The notes: a model not told the origin generated them from the letters alone. DNA of 64,000 nucleotides from Octopus vulgaris (GCA_951406725.2 OX597826.1:14756001-14820000); one strand, 5' to 3'. Positions 11,932-26,115 are shown, numbered from the stretch's first letter. Translations and numbers: made by a program.

Positions 11932-13380
11932 AGGTATACATCCCAGGAAAGGATGGAAGGTGTGGATTGATGCAGCTGCAAATGTCTCGGAAAACAGTAA
12001 CCATGGTATCAGACGTCTATCTGAAGTATACCAAGGTCTGGATGCTTAAACTTTTCAGCAAACATGAAAATACCAAGAAATATTAGAAGAAGCACATAAA
12101 TATGTAAAGCAACAGAAAATCACTGAGACTGAGGTGCAGCTAGGCGAAATAGAAGAAACCAATATGACCGTGAAATAAACAAAAACACAAACCAGATCTA
12201 ATGGAGCTGCGGAATAATGGGAAAAGTAAGGCACTGTATAGCAAATACCCAGAGCCGTTTGAGCAGCATTATAGGCCCCTTCTAAATCAATGCACTGGGT
12301 CCTATAGTATTTTTTTTATCGAAAGCAATCCTCAGTATACATAAATCAAAATCGCTCCCCTATATGTATGAAGTCCCTAGGCAACTGCCCAGACGGCTCT
12401 GTAAATATTATACAAATGCCAGCGATCCTGATCTTGATAGTTGGCTGCAGAAATAGCGAGCTTCATTATCGCAGCCCAATATTGAGCAGGTTCTTAGCTC
12501 TTCAATTCTGGTCTTCTTTTTATACAGTGTATCATTGCTAATCATAAATAACATACATCGAAAAACATGAAACTTGCTGTTACTTAAGATCACTTGGTAA
12601 GACTAGGATCATCTCGTATAAAACAAAGCACCAACAAAGCAATAGCAACAACAACAAAAACAAAAGCAACAACATCAATAATAATAAAAGTAATGTAAAG
12701 TTTTAACCCCAGTAAGGTATACATCAAGACATGACAGAGTTGACTAATATCTACATTGGTTAATATGTCAGTAATATTAAACCAAAACTGCGGACAAGTG
12801 GTATAAGTATCACCATGAGGTTGTACACGAGGGAAACACGTAACAGTTATTTGCGACTTTTCGGTACATATAGATAGAACCATCAAACTTAATAAAGCGG
12901 ATATTGTTGTAAAAGATACTTGAGTGTCCTTTGTGATCATGATATTTCGGTAAAAGAATTTGACAAGCTCATAAAATATATAGATTTACTCAATGAAATC
13001 AGAAAAAAGGTGATAAGTCAAGGCGCTTAAAATATCAATGATTACAAACGCACTAGGAAGTATCAAAAAAGGAACTGAGAATTATTTGAGAATGAACATT
13101 GGTTTACTATCTCTATATGAAGTACAAAAGGTTGTTTTAACTGGTATGTCACAGCTATTCAGAAGAGCATCGTCGCTGTGAGAACGATTACCTTCCATAT
13201 AAATAAATTTTTCCACATAACTTTATTTGATTTTGGTAAATGAACGGTCTACTTGTTTATTTTAATGCTCAATCTACGTAAAAAGTGTGTTTCTTTGTCG
13301 TGGGCGTCGGGGAAACACATGACAAGAAATGAAAACAAAATTGAAAGAAGAAAGACTCATAGTACTTATGATAATAATTA
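11932..13380 (+). mobile_element. Decayed R4/Dong-type LINE (C-terminal RLE region and 3' UTR)
   Basis: WYKYHHEVV..TVICDFSVHIDRTIKLNKADIVVKD..ISVKEFDKLIKYIDL..ALGSIKKG..EVQKVVLTGMSQLFRRASSL*; many stops and frameshifts. Confidence 0.8.
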
Positions 13381-14119
13381 AGAAACACTCCCAGCTGCGT
13401 AATCTACTGAAAATTGTATATACGACTATTTTAGATAACCTGTTGAAAATTGTTAAAAAATACCTTGGGACAGAATCAATATTTTATGAATCCAGTCAAG
13501 TTCTAAAAATAAAAGCAAAAGACAAGAAAACGTATACCAAAGCTAAACTTTGTTTAGGCACACTAACCTACCTTGAGTTTCGTAGTCAAATTAACCATAA
13601 AACTGAAAATAGTGAATACATAAAAGCAATTATACTATAATTTGCAAATGGCCAAGTGGTTAAAACACTGTGACTGAAGCTATTTAAGTATGTATAAAAA
13701 TGTATAAAAATGAGAAGGAAATACAGTATATGTTTGAAGTCTACTAAAATTGTTAATGAATTTAACGAAATATAATACTGGGTATAGGCAATACGCAGAT
13801 GGCGACTGTTTGAAATTAGCTTATCGATAAATGTGAGAATGTATAAGACAATTTTCTTTTCTTTATTAAAAACGGTGCAATATTACCAATCATTTCTGCC
13901 TGCCAGACTTAACTACACTAGAGAATCAGTAGTCTTTAATATAATTAATTCCATATAGAACATACTTTGTCTAATAAAATAAATAATACGAGCACTTAAG
14001 GGAGGCTACAGACAACTGCATGAAAGAATGCCAGATTTTTTTTTCGTTGCATTATTTTCTCAAATTTTACCATAACGTGCATTGCTAAATCTTTAACAAA
14101 GTTACTTCTGAATCACAAA

Positions 14120-14735
14120 ATCTTTGGTAGGTAAAAGAGCCAGTTCAAGCTATGTATGTGAAGTTGTGTAGATGGTGTTTGGAAATATTTTTATGGACAT
14201 ACCTGTAATTGAAAGATCTAGCTTTCTCACGTGCTATGTCGTATTGATTCGCCTTCAGAATTTTGTCAATAGAACACGTTTCTGTAGAACAGTCAACTAT
14301 TTCATACGTTAATTCTAAGAATACGTCATTCGGTTGATCAAGCAACTTCAGAATTGAAGGGCATATTAAACAATGTAGTCGTATAAATACAAAAAGATGT
14401 ATCTGATCGTAACTGAATCGTTTTTGATTATAGGTTTGCTCGGTCAAGGCTGACAGAGATGAAAGTTGCTACAAAAGAATATTATTTAGCCCTTGCAAAT
14501 ATGGTTGCACTCATAGCCAACCATACTTCATCAGCCCTTAATAATTCTTCCCAAGACTCGTTCTATCAAAAGGCGTTTACTTCTTCGTGTTTTACGTCGA
14601 TGAAATGGTAAAGGGCAATTTTCATCACAAGCACATCAGTCGCGGTGTCGCTCATCGACTAACTGGACTCATTATAATCTAATATTCTCTAACATTACTT
14701 CTGTGCAATTTTGCTGAGTCTATTCTCTTGGCTCT
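14120..14735 (-). pseudogene. Decayed PIN/XPG-like nuclease coding remnant, probably transposon-derived
   Basis: Pieces SDTATDVLVMKIALYH, ADEVWLAMS, FH-LSxxD-like and REKARSF..ISKHHLHNFTYIA occur in the order of the EEADTR..DTDV..ELW..FHAxxGCD..LPPT..H..RAxYQA family (recalled). Confidence 0.4.
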
Positions 14736-15086
14736 TTTCAAACACGTTCCTCAGTAGCTGTTGAAAATCACACGGTGAATTCTCACTTAATTGGGTTGTT
14801 GTAGATTCTTGCGCACCAGGATGTCACACTGAATCGACGCGTTCAGCGTCCAGTAACTAGGCCCTTGTATATGTGTCCTGTCTCGGTTCATTATATAGAT
14901 AGCAAACTTTTAGTTTCTGTAGGTGATCAGATGAAACTCTGAGTATCCTAAGCTACGTCTATCCACTGACCTAACAAACGCTGTATCTCGTATACAGCAT
15001 TTCCGATCAGGATGATGCGATATCATTCCAATTCAAAATGCAAGTTGGAAGGCTGAAACTGTTTGAGTAGACTTACAAGGTTTTCA

Positions 15087-15238
15087 ATAAGGGTGGAGCA
15101 CTTGCAGAAAACAGCACTGCTTGGAACCACTCGAAAAATCTAGAAGGTGCTCGAAAAATAGTGGGCGTTACCTTAGTTCACTGGTAGTGAACAGTTGACA
15201 CTGTAGTACATCTCCAGCATTAGAAGCTGTACAAAGGC

Positions 15239-15240
<2 letters not shown>
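15087..15240 (+). mobile_element. 5'-truncated R4/Dong LINE 3' end, same family as 31965-35080
   Basis: EHLQKTALLGT.. plus 3' UTR GTTACCTTAGTTCACTGGTAGTGAAC..AGAAGCTGT, followed by (TAA)n. Confidence 0.85.
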
Positions 15241-15853
<613 letters not shown>

Positions 15854-15854
15854 T

Positions 15855-16022
15855 ATAATAATAATTATTATTTATTATTATTATTATTATGAGGAGGAGG
15901 AGGAGGAGGAGGAGGAGGAGGAAGAAGAAGAAGAAGAAGAAGAAGAAGAAGAAGAAGAAGAAGAAGAAGAAGAAGAAGAAGAAGAAGAAGAAGAAGAAGA
16001 AGAAGAAGAAGAAGAAGAAGAA
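15855..16022. repeat. (TTA)n(GGA)n(GAA)n microsatellite
   Basis: Direct reading. Confidence 0.97.
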
Positions 16023-16437
16023 TGTGTACTTTATTTTGACAGAAAATTTGATTTAGAAATATTTAATGTCAGAGATGGAAAAAAAAATTTTGATTGCAAT
16101 GGAAAACAGTGAGACAAATCTGAAGACTCGCAGAATTCTTCCAGCTGTACTTAAGTAAATAATTATGTATGGACAGAACTGTTGTGTTTTTAAACATGCC
16201 TGAAGCAGTATTCATATATTTGGATAAGATTTCAAAAAAGGAGCAGAGAAAACAGAATAATTCTATTCACATGATAATTTCAGAAATTAGCGAAGTGCGA
16301 ATTGGACTATTTACTTAAATCGACCTCTTTCCCTATCTGTCAATTATCAAGTGACTGCTAGAAAACAAATTCCTTGTAGGTATAAATATACATACATAAA
16401 TACATACATACATACATAGATACATATACATACATAA

Positions 16438-16504
<67 letters not shown>

Positions 16505-16581
16505 TATACAGACACACACGTGCGCATACACGCACACACATACTGTTATGTCTGTGTATGCGTTATATATATATACATATA

Positions 16582-16617
<36 letters not shown>

Positions 16618-16841
16618 TGTATAAATAATTATAGGTAGGCACCTGAGATTTTAATGTAATCTGCATAGAAGTATATATGTGGTTAAAGACTAACCTAAGT
16701 TAGTATTTGGTTGGATATCATAAATATTCATGGATATATTAGAGTTTATGGAAGATTTTCAGTGTCAATAGCATCCATAATACACTCGCACGATCGCGTT
16801 CGTGTATCTGTATGTTTTAGCACGTGTGCGCACGGTACATA

Positions 16842-16898
<57 letters not shown>

Positions 16899-17071
16899 TT
16901 GAATTAGCTGCTTATTTTTCAAGAAATTAGTAGATGTTGTTTCTTTCCCTGATGTATTTAAATGTATAACAGTTACACACTCGTGCTGTATGTAATCTTA
17001 TTATTATTTATTTACCTAAGTGTGTGTGCTTGTGTATTTTTCCACGTGTATATATATATATATATATATAC

Positions 17072-17281
17072 ATAGGTAATCCAAACATGAAAACACCAAG
17101 AGAAAACACAACAACGCGAGGACGTGGAACAAATGTAGTATTATTGGACGCTCAGGAAGGAAGGGAAGAAGGGGGCTTGTATGTTTCGAGCGGAGCTCTT
17201 CGTCGGAAACATAGGAAAAGGAAAGATCCAGAGAAGGGAAGACGGAGGGAAAAAATCGCCAACGGTACACACGCGGTCACA
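17072..17281 (-). mobile_element. Penelope-like pseudo-LTR unit (subfamily 2) between (TA)n and (TATG)n
   Basis: Close homologue of 49381-49557. Hammerhead motif GUUU-CCGACGA-A-GAGC(UCC)GCUC-GAAAC at 17183-17210; shares GTATTA..ACGCTCAGGAA with subfamily 1. Confidence 0.65.
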
Positions 17282-17445
17282 TGTATGTATGTATATATGT
17301 ATGTTTGTATGTATGTATGTATGTATGTATGTATGTATGTATGTATGTATGTATGTATGTATGCATGTATGTATGTATGTATGCATGTATGTATGTATGT
17401 ATGTATGTATGTATGTATGTATGTATGTATGTATGTATTATGTAT
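17281..17445. repeat. (TATG)n microsatellite
   Basis: Direct reading. Confidence 0.98.
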
Positions 17446-17601
17446 GTGTGCGTGTGTGCAAACATACATACTCGCATGTAGCTTTAAAATATGTGCAAAA
17501 TCTATTATTTTCATACTAATAATATACACTTCTAAACTTTTTCCTGATTTAAATTTCCCGATTTATTCTCAGTCGCTAATTTTTTCTGAATTTTAAAAAG
17601 A

Positions 17602-17669
<68 letters not shown>

Positions 17670-17810
17670 AACAAAGTGACACATGCATACCTACACCATA
17701 TCCTTTTACATTATCAGACGTGCGTAAACTTCACAATCATGATGTCTTTATATCGGTGAAAGAAACAAACAACAGTGCTCTAAGGAAAACTAAACGTTAC
17801 TTAGTGATAT

Positions 17811-17980
17811 ATTTCTTCACTACCCACAAGGGGCTAAACACAGAGGGGACAAACAAGGACAGACAAAGGGATTAAGTCGATTACATCGACCCCAGTGCGT
17901 AACTGGTACTTAATTTATCGACCCCGAAAGGATGAAAGGCAAAGTCGACCTCGGCGGAATTTGAACTCGGAACGCAACGA
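17811..17980 (-). mobile_element. Young SINE B subfamily copy, 5'-truncated, candidate TSD AGTGATA
   Basis: Close match to 1015-1238; AGTGATA at about 17804 and 17981. Confidence 0.85.
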
Positions 17981-18241
17981 CAGTGATAGTTTATGCTCTG
18001 ACGCCATCGTCTTATTGGAGAACTCCCTCTGTTTTCAGTAATTATTTCAGTGTCACAATATTTCACCTCTTAATCCAGCTTCTATGAGAGGGACAGCGAG
18101 AACAGGTCTTATCTTCACCTAGAGAAGGTTCCATCTGCGGTGCCTTGTGAACTTAATGGCTTTGAGCTGCTTTTAGTTGCCTTGACCAGATTCTTAGTGC
18201 ATTTTTTATTTGTTTTCGTGCCGAACCAATCATTATTGTGA

Positions 18242-18541
18242 AGGCGCAATGGCCCAGTGGTTAGGGCAGCGGACTCGCGGTCGTAGGATCACGGTTTCGA
18301 TTCCCACACCTGGCGTTGTGAGTGTTTATTGAGCGAAAACACCTAAAGCTCCACGAGTCTCCTTCAGGGGATGGTGGCGATCCCTGCTGTACTCTTTCGC
18401 CACAACTTTCTCACTCTTTCTTCTGTTGGCCTGCCCGCTTAGTCAGCGGGGAGTGGCGTCATTTGAAGGTTAAAACAATGCGAAGCGCATTGTGACCAGC
18501 GATGTGTAGCAACATTTGATAGCCTGGTCGGTCACAGTCAC
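18242..18541 (+). mobile_element. SINE family C (tRNA head), tail type 1
   Basis: GGCGCAATGGCCCAGTGGTTAGGGCAGCGGACTCGCGGTC..GGTTTCGATTCCC; head shared with the copies at 48240-48640 and 63300-63678. Confidence 0.85.
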
Positions 18542-18701
18542 CAATTATTATTATTATCATTTTATTTCTTTTTTTTGCGAGAAACAAGGCATTGTTAATA
18601 CTGGGAAACTGCAGCAGCTGTCTTCATTATTGAATGAGAATACAGGTAGTTCTTTGATAAAAGCCTCATCACTCAAGTTTTTGTATTTGGCGTCCTTCAG
18701 T

Positions 18702-18950
18702 TGTGGAGATGCGTGGTTTGGTGGGTAGGGTGTTGCACTCAAAAATGTAACATTGTGGTTGCGATTCCTCGAATAGGTGATGCGTTGTGTTCTCGAGCTA
18801 AACACGTCATTTCACGTTGCTCCAGTCTACTCAACTGGCACAAATGAGCAACCAAGCGACAGATCGGTGCCCCGTGCACAGAATAAAGGGAAACCAAACG
18901 CATGAGCATATGAGTCGAGAAGAAACTTTGATCTGTCACTTCAGCTTGTA
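18702..18950 (+). mobile_element. Old tRNA-derived SINE, decayed
   Basis: GCGTGGTTTGGTGGGTAGGGTG..GGTTGCGATTCC..GTTGTGTTCTCGAGC.. with degenerate A/B boxes. Confidence 0.55.
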
Positions 18951-19241
18951 ATGTGTGTAGGAGTGTCTGTGTGATTGTATGTGTGTGAATCGGTGCTTTA
19001 TAATAAAACTAAACTAAATATGAGAGTGTTGACTACGATTCATACGGTGTGTGTTTATGTTTTGGAATCTGAAACTACACGCTGTTGCCACTCTGACATT
19101 CTGTCTATTTACATAACGCTATAAATTTCACACTCCATTGATATGTTCATATTACCGATGTAACCTAAGTGCCTCAGGTTCATTCTTATTTACTCTTATT
19201 ATCTTAGAATTCATTGAGCTCTGCTGTTTTAATATAAAAAT

Positions 19242-19275
19242 TACTACTACTACTACTACTACTACTACTACGATA

Positions 19276-19309
<34 letters not shown>

Positions 19310-19495
19310 CGATGATGATGATGATGATGATGATAATGAGAAGGGGGAGGAGGAGGAGAAAGTGGTGGTAGGGGAGGAGGGGGAGGAGGAGGAGAAAGTG
19401 GTGGTAGAGGAGGAGGGGGAGGAAGAAAAAGAAGAGGAGGAGAAGGAGGACGACGACGACGACGATGACCATGACTACAACATCAACAACAACGA
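19242..19495. repeat. (TAC)n(TGA)n(GGA)n low-complexity tract
   Basis: Direct reading. Confidence 0.95.
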
Positions 19496-19524
19496 CAGGA
19501 ACCGCAACATTAGGAATAATAAGG

Positions 19525-19986
19525 GCTTCCGATTTTAGCACAAGGCCAGAAATTTCGATTGGGAGGGTTGAGCTCTGGGGTCGATTACACCCGCCTCAGT
19601 GCTCAACTAGTACTTATTTCGTTGATCCCGAGAGGATGGAAGGCAAAATCGACCCCAGCAGCATTTGAACTCAGAATGTACAGTCAGAAGGAAAGCCGCC
19701 AAGCATTTTGTTCGCCGCAGTGATGATACTGCAACTCGCTGCTTTAACAACAACAACAACAACAATAACAGTTTCAAATTTTAGCACAAGGCCACTGATT
19801 TCAGGAAAGGGTATGTAAACTCGATTGCATCGACCCCAGTGCTCAACTAGTATTCGTTTTATCGACACCGAAAAGATGAAAGGCAAAATCGGTTTCCTTT
19901 CCAAATTTTAACTCAAAACGTAAAGACAAACAAAATGCCGCTAAGCACATGGCCTGGGAACTAACGATTGTGCCAGATCGCCGCCT
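19525..19986 (-). mobile_element. Two tandem SINE B copies separated by (CAA)n
   Basis: Reverse-complement B core at about 19610-19680 and 19850-19920. Confidence 0.8.
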
Positions 19987-20634
19987 TAACAACAAGAACG
20001 GCAATAACAATAGCAATAATAGTAATAGTAATGATGATGATGATGAATTGACAGAAGAGGGTTGTCGAGAGTACTGTTTCCAGTACTTGAATGGAACTTA
20101 ATTTTAAAAATTAGGTACTTTATTTTGTAGAGAGGTTGAAAGACATATCTAACCTCGAACTGATTTGAACTCAGAAAGCTGACAGATGAGATCGACGTTA
20201 CATGTTTCAAGGATGAATTATACAAAGCCGTTGTCCGATTAACAAGAATATTGAAAAGATGTATCACAGTAAAAAATATCATAAAATGACACAATTTGAA
20301 ACATTTCAATGGAGGAACCGCGACTTTAGTCTATTTAAGGAACGCCACAGTACTGAATTAATATTGATCACAAGGACAAGTACTCCTCTTTCTCTTTCCC
20401 CCTCTCTCTCCCTCTCTCCATTGGCTTCTCTCACACTCTCCCTCTCTCACTCATTCTCCTTCTCGGGCCTTACTCCCCGACCTCAAATCTGCTTATAGAA
20501 AATTACCCAGAAGGTAGCGCCACATTATTTACCCTCACCTTCTACTTTGAATACTGCTTAAAATTTGATGTTGTTGAAGTAGAAAGTTTTTGTCTGCGAC
20601 CCTTTCTGTCTTGTCGACTGCACGGTATCTTCCA

Positions 20635-20791
20635 GTTCAAATTCCGCCGAGGTCGACTTTGCCTTTCATCCTTTCGGGGTCGATAAATTAAGTACCAGTT
20701 AAGCACTGGGGTCGATATAATCGACTTAATACCTATGTCTGTCCATGTTTGTCCCCTCTATGTTCAGCCCCTTGTGGGTAATAAAGAAATA
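20635..20791 (+). mobile_element. Young SINE B subfamily copy, 5'-truncated, 11-bp TSD
   Basis: GGTATCTTCCA at 20624-20634 and 20792-20802. Confidence 0.9.
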
Positions 20792-21120
20792 GGTATCTTC
20801 CACCAAACAAAAGAAAATTGCTTTCACAGCCCAGTCAAAGGATTACCTAAAGAATTATGTGTTTAGATGAGTTTCTTTATATTTTTTAAGGTAAAACATA
20901 TTGTTTTAAGTATTCACCGCAATAAATGAAGGTGTTATTAAATATTTGCCCACATCTATAGATTAAGCAATGTCTTGTCTGTGAGTACGTTTTATTGCTT
21001 CTGATTTGCTAACGTTTTCTTATCGATTTATTCTCATATCTGTAAACGAAGAATATTAATTGATTTCACTAATTATTCTTATTAAATATAATTTACAATA
21101 CTTAGCTATTACAATAGTTA

Positions 21121-21538
21121 GGCGCAGGAGGGGCTGTGTGGTAAGTAGCTTCTTTACCAACCACATGGTTCCGGGTTCAGTCCCACTGCGTGGCACCTTG
21201 GGTAAGTGTCTTCTACTATAGCTTCGGGCCGACCAAAGCCTTGTGAGTGGATTTGGTAGATGGAAACTGAAAGAAGCCCGTCGTATATATGTATATATAT
21301 ATGTGTGTGTATGTGCGTGTTTGTGTGTCTGTGTTTGTCCCCCCAACATCGCTTGACAACCGATGCTGGTGTGTTTACGTCCCCGTAACTTAGCGGTTCG
21401 GCAAAAAGAGACCGATAATATAAGTACTAGGCTTACAAAGAATAAGTCCTGGGATCGATTTGATCGACTAAAGGCGGTGCTCCAGCATGGCCACAGTCAC
21501 ATGACTGAAACAAGTAAAAGAGTAAAAGAGTAAAGAGT
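21121..21538 (+). mobile_element. SINE family A, full length
   Basis: GGCGCAGGAG head, A/B boxes, internal (TA/TG)n, (GAGTAAAA)n tail. Confidence 0.9.
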
Positions 21539-21891
21539 ATTAAACAAGCAATAACGTTAGTTCACATTCACAAACAGGAGGAAGCATAAATCTATGCGTG
21601 AGACGAGGTATGAGTGCGTCTGCGTGTATGTGCGCGCATGTTTGTGTGTGTGTGTTGGATTAAAGGGGATCTATTAAGGATAGAAGCATATCAAAGTGAA
21701 CACCACACAATTAATGGCTAGACAGAATTATGCAAATCATATATCTAATTAATAATTTATTGACTTTATTGAATTCGCTTCTAACCTTATGTCGTATCGT
21801 TTTAATATTTGTTTCATCCGTCCTAGTTATGGGCTTCATATTTCGTTATAATTCTTTATAATCCTATAAATTCTTTATCCTTTATTAATAA

Positions 21892-22286
21892 CTAGCAGTA
21901 TCGCCCGGCGTTGCTCGGGTTTGTAAGGGAAATAACTATATAAGCATTTTTAGAGAGTTATAGCCAAAAAATAGCTAAAATGCATTAAAAATGGAAAAAA
22001 AATTATGGCAATTTTTTTTTAAATCATTGACTAATCGTAGACATTTTTAGAGAGTTACTTCCCTTATATAATAGGGAAAAAATTGCATTAAAATGGAAAA
22101 AAATGATGGTAATTTTTTTTTAAAATCGTAGACTCATCGTAGACGCGCGCTAATACCCAGAAGGTCTCGATATGAATCACGACTATAAGGTACCCGTTTT
22201 GGTTAAACTGCACCGCAAAATGTGGGAATAGTTAGGAATCTAAATCGTAGGAGACAGACACACAACTTCTCTTTTATATATAAAGA
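21892..22286 (-). mobile_element. Non-autonomous Helitron, complete termini
   Basis: Minus strand A|TCTTTATATATAAAAG...CCCGAGCAACGCCGGG-CGATACTG-CTAG|T: 5'-TC, subterminal hairpin, 3'-CTAG, inserted at an A|T site without TSD; internal ~100 bp duplication. Confidence 0.9.
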
Positions 22287-23914
22287 TTATGACCTTCATA
22301 ATTCTTATAAATTCTTTTAACATTGTCCTAATACTCTACATTATTTTACATTATTATCCTGACTTCACCGATCTACTTAGCCTATAGGATTTTGATTGAT
22401 TCGCTTTGTTCTCACTAATAATGTCACATATTGGTTAATAGAAACGTTGAGATTCTTGGGTTTTCAGGCTTTTTATTATGAATATCAGTTCTGGTTTCCC
22501 TCCTCAATTAATTCGAGCCTTTTGATTTGTAACTTCATTAAAGCCATATAGCTGATCTCTCTAAATTTCGATATTTACCTAACATCGATTTATAAATTTA
22601 TATCTTTTATGTTAACTTTGGTTATTGACTAAACTCCTTTCATTAGTTTATTATGCAAAGTTATTTGCTTGTTCCAATGCTGTCTTTCCGTAAACTATGT
22701 GTCCACTTTATTAGGTTTATCTTACACTGTTTCTATTTAAGTATTTATAGGTTATGATTGCTGGCACTGTGATTATGCTTATCTCTATGTATTAATTATT
22801 TTCTTTTCCTTTTTCTTTCTTCTCCTTCTTTTCCCATCCCTCTCCTCCGAAATCTCGCAGAAATCTTTACTATTTTCTGCGTTTTTTCATTGATTTTTTT
22901 CCTGAAGTATTAGTTGGATCTTCTTTAAATGCAGGTGATATATTACTAATTCTACAATAATCGGAGCATTTTTATCAAGAAGAAATAAGTAAATGAATTA
23001 GTAATGCTGGAATTTATATTTGAATATGTTCCTGTGTAAGGCCGTAAAAACACCAGCGTAAAGAGAGGACAGAAGTCGACAGTATGAAAATTGAAGATAA
23101 GAAAGTTGAAAGACATTCACAATAGTGAAAAGAGAATGTGGTAGAGAATAACATACTCTTTCGTATCTCTGGAGGGTCACAATTCTAATTATAAATACAC
23201 CCACTGGTTCTATTTTACTTCTTTATTTTTCAATTAGTTAATTGTGTTTATTGTTGGCAATAATGGCCCGGCTGAGATACAACAGAATATAAACTAATCA
23301 ATTTAGGAACCATTGCAATGCACATCTATAGGTTTTAGCAAATATATATATACATCTATATATATATGACAATTGTATAGGTTTCTTTTGCTCTTCCGAG
23401 AAGGTTCCCTGGATTAATGGAATAAACTGTGATACCAATAATAATGCTATTTAGGAGGATTACCCAAAGCGCTGCTTCCGACTGCTTGCCTGTATCCAAA
23501 GAAATATTTCTTTTTAAATAGTTTAAGATAAATTGAATCGTGCAATGAACATTTTTAATTATAATACACGAGTGGCCTTTTTAACTTGCCTATTCCAGGC
23601 ACAGTTTAATGTCTGTCATTTCTCTGCCATTCATTTAAAGTGTAATTTCAATTACAAATACTGTTACTCGCAGCGCATTTTTAATTACAGAAAATTCGTG
23701 AATAACTATGATTCTGTTTAATCGAGTTTCATCGCTTTATAAATCTTTTACATGGGAAAATGGATTGGGTTTTGTGAAAGAGAAGTTTTACATGGTCAAA
23801 CTGTTATTTGGCATTGGTTCTTAATTCATCAATAACCAGATGGAAAGTAGTCCTCAGCTGTTAATATTCGTCCTGGATTATATTAGCTCATTCCGTATTG
23901 TTTCGTTGTCATAT

Positions 23915-24315
23915 TCTCTTTTACTCTCTTTTATTTGTTTCAGTCATTTGACTGCAGCCATGCTGGAGCACCGCCTTTAGTCGAGAAAATCGACCGCAGA
24001 ACTTATTCTTTGTAAGCCTAGTACTTATTCTGTCGATCTCTTTTGCCGATCCGCTAAGTTACGGGGACGTAAACACACCAGCATCGGTGGTCAAGTGATG
24101 CTGGGGGGGGACAAACACAGAAACACACACATATATATATATATACATACATATATACGACGGGCTTCTTTCAGTTTCCATCTACCAAATCCACTCACAA
24201 GGCTTTGGTCGGCCCGAGGCTATAGTAGAAGACACTTGCTCAAGGTGCCACGCAGTGGGACTGAACCCGGAACCATTTGGTTGGTAAGCAATCCACTTAC
24301 CACACAGCCACTCCT
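23915..24315 (-). mobile_element. SINE family A, near full length
   Basis: Reverse complement of 21121-21538. Confidence 0.9.
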
Positions 24316-24630
24316 GTTAAAGAACATTATATAACAGCAAGATAAATATGAATACTGAAGATGAAAAATACATGTTAATCGGCATCAAACGTTTTGAAAT
24401 AGTTTTGTCTTCTATTCCGCATTAAAACCCCGTTATGCTTCGACAATGTAAAGCTTCGAAATAATCTTATTTATTATCTACATCTCAATGTATGAAGCAT
24501 AACTAAAGTTGCATCCGAGGCGTAACACAAACGCCTGAAGAACTAAGCTTTTACATACTAAAACTTTTGCCCAAAGCTTTCACCCAAGACGCCATTTGTT
24601 TTTTTCTCTGGTGGTGATCTGCAGGTGGTG

Positions 24631-24683
<53 letters not shown>

Positions 24684-24885
24684 AGCGTAATTGTTTTTGA
24701 TTTGTAATGTCTTGTGATTTATGATTTATTTTTAATTTTTGAAAGTTTATGAAGTATTTCCTTCCGTAATTCTTAATTGTAAAATATGATTTACGATATT
24801 TATATTACACAAGGCTTCAAGCCACATCGTGTTAAAAATGCCGAATACAATGCAAATATGTACGTATGCATCTATGCATACATAC

Positions 24886-24928
<43 letters not shown>

Positions 24929-25024
24929 TTCATGCATGTATGTATCCATGTATGCATGCATGTATGTATGAATGAATGTATATATATGTATATATATAAA
25001 GAGAGAGAGATATACTTAAATATA

Positions 25025-25065
25025 TAGACAGACAGACAGGCAGGCAGACAGACATACAGACAGAC

Positions 25066-25136
<71 letters not shown>

Positions 25137-25157
25137 CAGATAGATAGACAGATAGAT
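25025..25157. repeat. (GACA)n(GATA)n microsatellite
   Basis: Direct reading. Confidence 0.97.
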
Positions 25158-25632
25158 AAGCAGATATCGAAAGAGAGTGAGATTGATACATAGATAAATA
25201 TTCACATAGAAACTACACCAAATTTATAATGCCACGTTTATCTGATGCTTTCATACGGAGAGTCATTCAATATCCAGTTGGCTTTATATATACGCGCGCG
25301 TGTAGTGTGTATACGTGTGAATATGTGTGCCTGTAGATTAGTGTGACTGTGTGTATGCGTGTATCATATACTACAGTATATTCTACGTACAACTTCAATG
25401 AAAGACACTGCTTTCATGAATCATTGTACAACATGACGACTCGATGATAAGTAATAATATTGTTCTATCCACTGATATTGAGCAGCATCGAAAGTTCACT
25501 CTTCACTGCAAGAATTACCAGGGAATAGGTTTGCTGTTTTCCTGCCTAGCCTTGCTAGTTCGTTTAGTATGCAGTTGTAAATGTTATAATTATAAAATGA
25601 CTGAACACCTGAAATATTGATGGCAATTACAA

Positions 25633-25706
25633 TTTATTATTATTATCATTATTATTATTATTATCATTATCATTATTGTTATTGTTATTATTATTATCAT
25701 TATTAC

Positions 25707-25782
<76 letters not shown>

Positions 25783-25939
25783 TAGTTTTATTTTTATAGC
25801 GTGCTTTCACTTCACTACCGAGCGCAGCTCTGTGTGCCTTGGGTATGTGCTGTGATTTGTTGTGATGCTCTGATGGTTATTGTATGGAAAGTGTTCTGCG
25901 TAGGATGTGTGCAGTACGTTCTTCTTCTTCTTCTTCTTC

Positions 25940-26036
<97 letters not shown>

Positions 26037-26052
26037 CATCATCATCATCATC

Positions 26053-26115
<63 letters not shown>

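Noticed and set aside
18242-18315. tRNA gene (also the heads at 21121, 48640 and 63678)
   Set aside because: A/B boxes are present but there is no proper acceptor stem, and each continues into a repeated SINE body.
24350-24550. CTGAAGA..GAAA strings and a 10-bp inverted repeat (GTTATGCTTC/GAAGCATAAC)
   Set aside because: Too degenerate to call a ribozyme or an element.
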